A DNA stretch of 64,000 nt, taken from contig NC_087437.1 of assembly GCF_036321535.1 (NCBI RefSeq), positions 29,204,001-29,268,000 of the forward strand. The letters are read 5' to 3'. Of the stretch, positions 60,900-64,000 are shown piece by piece (positions within the stretch are counted from its first letter, which is position 1; every line of letters begins with the position of its first letter). The notes under the pieces were generated by a model. It was not told the DNA's origin. It did no database searches and saw only the letters and a list, made by a program, of their open reading frames with translations. The position numbers and the translations under genes were made by a program. Source of the DNA: Camelus dromedarius. Taxonomy: Eukaryota.

Positions 60900-62010
60900 A
60901 AAATTTTTAGATAGATAAATTGAGCCTATTTACATTTATCAGTATGACGGGTAAGTTTGGTCTTTTGTAACAGAATTATGTTTATTTACTATGTGACTTT
61001 CATTAAGTAGCCTGTATTGTTTGCTTTTCAATTAAACTTCTACTATATTGTAATATTTTTGTGTTTAAGATATATATTTAAAACAATTATTACCTTATTT
61101 TGATACTTTTAATACTTTTAGTCCCTTTCGTCCTTGGTTAGATGTCAACTATATTGTCAGCTTTAGATGATTTCCTTTTATTTCTACCTATTACCTTTGC
61201 AGCAGTCAGTGACCATATACTATTTTCTTTTTCTTTCATTTCTCAGTTTTGTGTGTGTGTGTGTTACTTTGACTTTGACAAAGAATATTTACATACTAGG
61301 CTTTCTTTCTCATTCTTACCTGTTAGTCTTAGATCTACAATTATGTACAGTTGACGTTTGAACAACAGGTGCTTGAACTGTGGGGGTCCACTTATATGTG
61401 TAATTTTTTCCCCACTAAGTATGTACCATAGTACTACACCATCCATGGATGACTGAATCCCCAGATGTGGACCTGCCTACAGAGTGCTGACTGTGAAGTT
61501 ATATGTGAATAGTCAGTACCCCAAACCTCCATATTGATCAACGGTCAATTGTATATTTATTCCTCATTACTAGTTCTTTTGCTAGTTCCCTTAATCACTT
61601 CTTTGTTAAATGAAGTTCATCTGTTAGTAGATTCCCCAGGAAAGATGGGTCACCACAATATTTGAAGAACAGCTTGGCTGTATATAAAATCCTTTATTTA
61701 CACCTCCTTTTTTGAAGTTTATGGGGTGTTGCAGTGCTTTCTTGCTTTGATTGTTGATGACCTTAAGTCTGATGCCAACCTGAATTTCTGTTCTTTCTAA
61801 GTGACTTTTTGATTCTGCCTGGAAACACAGAGGGTTCTTATCTTTACTTCTAAAGTTCAATACTCTTACTAGGATATGTCTCACAGTCGACTGTTCTGGA
61901 TTGATTTTCTGAGATAAAAGATGGATCTATTCAATATTACAGATCCAGGCCTTCCTTTATTTCAGAGAACTTTTCTAAAATTATAGTATTTAATATTATT
62001 TCCCTTCCAT
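60900..62010 (-). mobile_element. Ancient HAL1/L1M fragment including ORF1 remnant
   Basis: The minus-strand ORF 61624-61884 begins RHILVRVLNFRSKDK, similar to L1 ORF1p PRHIIVK...FKDKEKIL. The plus strand has AAGTCTGATGCCAACCTGA (reverse complement ~IRLASDF). Confidence 0.7.
61348..61551. mobile_element. Tigger2/MER8-like TcMar MITE
   Basis: TIRs CAGTTGACGTTTGAACAA / TTGATCAACGGTCAATTG, flanked by a TA duplication (61346-61347 and 61552-61553). Confidence 0.85.
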
Positions 62011-63188
62011 TGGGAACTGGGGTGCTGGAGGACACGATTAGGAGAGACTTTCACTCTGTTCTTTGTGTTCTGTTCTACATGTTACCTATTCAAAAATAAA
62101 TAGTTTAGAAAACCAGAATCTTTATTTAGTATACTGAATATGCTAGGCAACGTTTGTCACTCATTGTCAGTAGAAATATGTTGAAATACTCAAGGTGCTG
62201 GGATATTCAGAAGATGCTATACAAGCAATTTAATGGAAGTAGATATTTTTAAGGCCATTGTTCAATGCCATATTTCTGAATATTCACAAAAGAAATTAGC
62301 TTACTGGCTTAGTATCAAGAAAAAGTTGTGCTTCTTCTGATGGTCTGATTTTATTTTCAACTTTTATATACTAACTGTGCTATCATTTTTTACTCCGGTC
62401 TTTGACTTTTTACATTATCATTTTTAATTGCCAATCTGAATTAATTGTATTACTAAGAGTAACACCAAATCTTTGTTCTTAAATAGAACTTAAAATACCT
62501 AGAGTCAAATTTGTGATCCATCCAACATTAGTGAACAGGACTTTATTGTATGCATTTAAAAAAATAATTAACTCCATTCTTCTCTGTTTTTATGCCCCTA
62601 TCCTTGTTTTAAGTTAGTGCTTAGTAGCACATATGACTCCTAGAAAATCTCAATAAATTTAAGCTAGCCATATTTGTTTTTCATATTTTGATACAGCTTT
62701 GTATATTTATTTCAGTCATTTTTTAAAAATGTGTGAGGTAGAGAGAGAGAGATGGCATTATTGAGTCATGTAGCTTTTTGAAAAATGAGTATGTTGAAGT
62801 GGCCATTTATATATACCAACTGGAACCTAATTACACCACAATTTCTTGTGGTGTGGCTTTCTGCACAGCAAACGTTTGTGTGAGAACAGCAGGCATTTGG
62901 AGTTCGGGTAACTTTCTAAAATGTAAGAATATTTTAGTTTTTGTTTTGTGAGTAATCAAAAAAACAAAACAAAACACCCCAGCCAATGAGTAAGAGGTTC
63001 AGAAATATAAATTTTAGCACAACTGTTTTTCCAGGTCTGGATGACTGGTAGTGATTCCCCCAATCTCCACTGCATGCTCTCTCCAGACTGATTTCTTCAG
63101 AGTGGAGGTATTCCACTTTTCCTTGGGGGCAGGGAGTACAATTCAGGGGGAATGTTTTCTTGACTATTGAAATAGAAACCTGGATTCA

Positions 63189-64000
63189 CAGTTGCATTTC
63201 TTTACACTTAACAATGAAATATCAGAAAAAGAAAGTAAAGAAACAGCCCCTTTTAAAATCACATCCAAAACAATACAACACTTAGGAATAAATCTGACCA
63301 TGGAGGTGAAAGACTTATACAACTGCAAAACGTTGATTAAGGAAACTAAAGATGACTTAAAGAAATGGAAGGATATCCCATGCCCTTGGATTGGAAGAAT
63401 CAATATTGTTAAAATGGCCATACTGCCCAAGGCAAGCTACAGACTTAATGAGATCCTATCAAATTACCGGTGACATTTTTCACAGAACTAGAACAAACAA
63501 TAATAAAATTTATATGGAATCACAAAAGACCCAGAATTGCCAAAGCAAAACTGAAGAAAAAGAATGAAGCTGGAGGAATAACCCTCCCAGACTTCAGACA
63601 ATACTACAGAGCTAGAATAATCAAGACAGCATGGTATTGGTACAAAAACAGACAGATAGACCAATGGAACAAAATAGAGCGCCCAGAAATGAGCCCACAG
63701 ACCTATGGTCAATTAATCTTTGACAAAGGAGGCAAGAATATACAGTGGAGAAAAGACAGTCTTTTCAGCAAGTTATGTTGGGAAAACTGGATAGCAAAAT
63801 GTAAATCAATGAAGTTAGAACGCTCCTTCACATCATACACAAAAATAAACTCAAAATGGCTTAAAGACTTAAATATAAGACAAGGCACTATAAACTTCCT
63901 AGAAGAAAACATAGGTAAAACATCCCCTGACATAAATCTTAGCAATGTTCTCCTAGGGCAGTCTACCCAGGCAATAGAAATAAAAGCAAAAATAAACAAA
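63189..64000 (+). mobile_element. LINE-1 ORF2 fragment (5'-truncated, frameshifted, runs off window)
   Basis: Peptide LGINLTMEVKDLY..KTLIKETKDDLKKWKDIPCPWIGRINIVKMAILPKA is L1 ORF2p. After a frameshift near 63460 it continues [23 protein letters not shown]...[14 protein letters not shown]. Confidence 0.97.

Noticed and set aside
1..64000. Host protein-coding gene, or prokaryote-style system (operon, CRISPR array, defence island), from the ORF track
   Set aside because: The ORFs are short, overlap on both strands and often cross microsatellites or repeats. None resembles a cellular protein I know. There is no regularly spaced repeat-spacer array, and the DNA is clearly mammalian.
1..64000. 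Inferring host-gene strand from repeat orientation bias
   Set aside because: L1 fragments are mostly on the minus strand but LTRs are mostly on the plus strand. The two signals conflict and the counts are small.
63189..64000. Active L1
   Set aside because: It is 5'-truncated within ORF2, with a small deletion and frameshifts.

Overview
This is AT-rich, repeat-dense mammalian non-coding DNA (intergenic or deep intronic). It is most likely from a camelid (Vicugna/Camelus), inferred from five copies of a tRNA-derived SINE resembling the camelid Vic-1-type SINE and from the style of the young L1 3' ends. I recognise no host protein-coding gene, RNA gene or CRISPR array. The only ORF-track peptides I recognise are retroelement remnants: L1 ORF2 at 63.2-64 kb and L1/HAL1 ORF1 at about 61.9 kb. 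The largest structure is a degraded two-LTR ERVL provirus (LTR16/ERV3-16A3-like, about 49.9-54.1 kb) with gag and integrase relics and a nested ERV1-type LTR. Other repeats include L1, L2, MIR, MLT1, hAT and Tigger elements. The most interesting directly visible items are: a twin-primed L1 insertion with a second fold-back micro-inversion at its 3' end, a divergent pair of CTCF-like motifs, a triple hAT cluster, and a few exon-shaped segments of unknown status. I found no evidence of a novel multi-gene system. Repeat family names come from my recall of consensus sequences, not from a search, and boundaries of old repeats are approximate.
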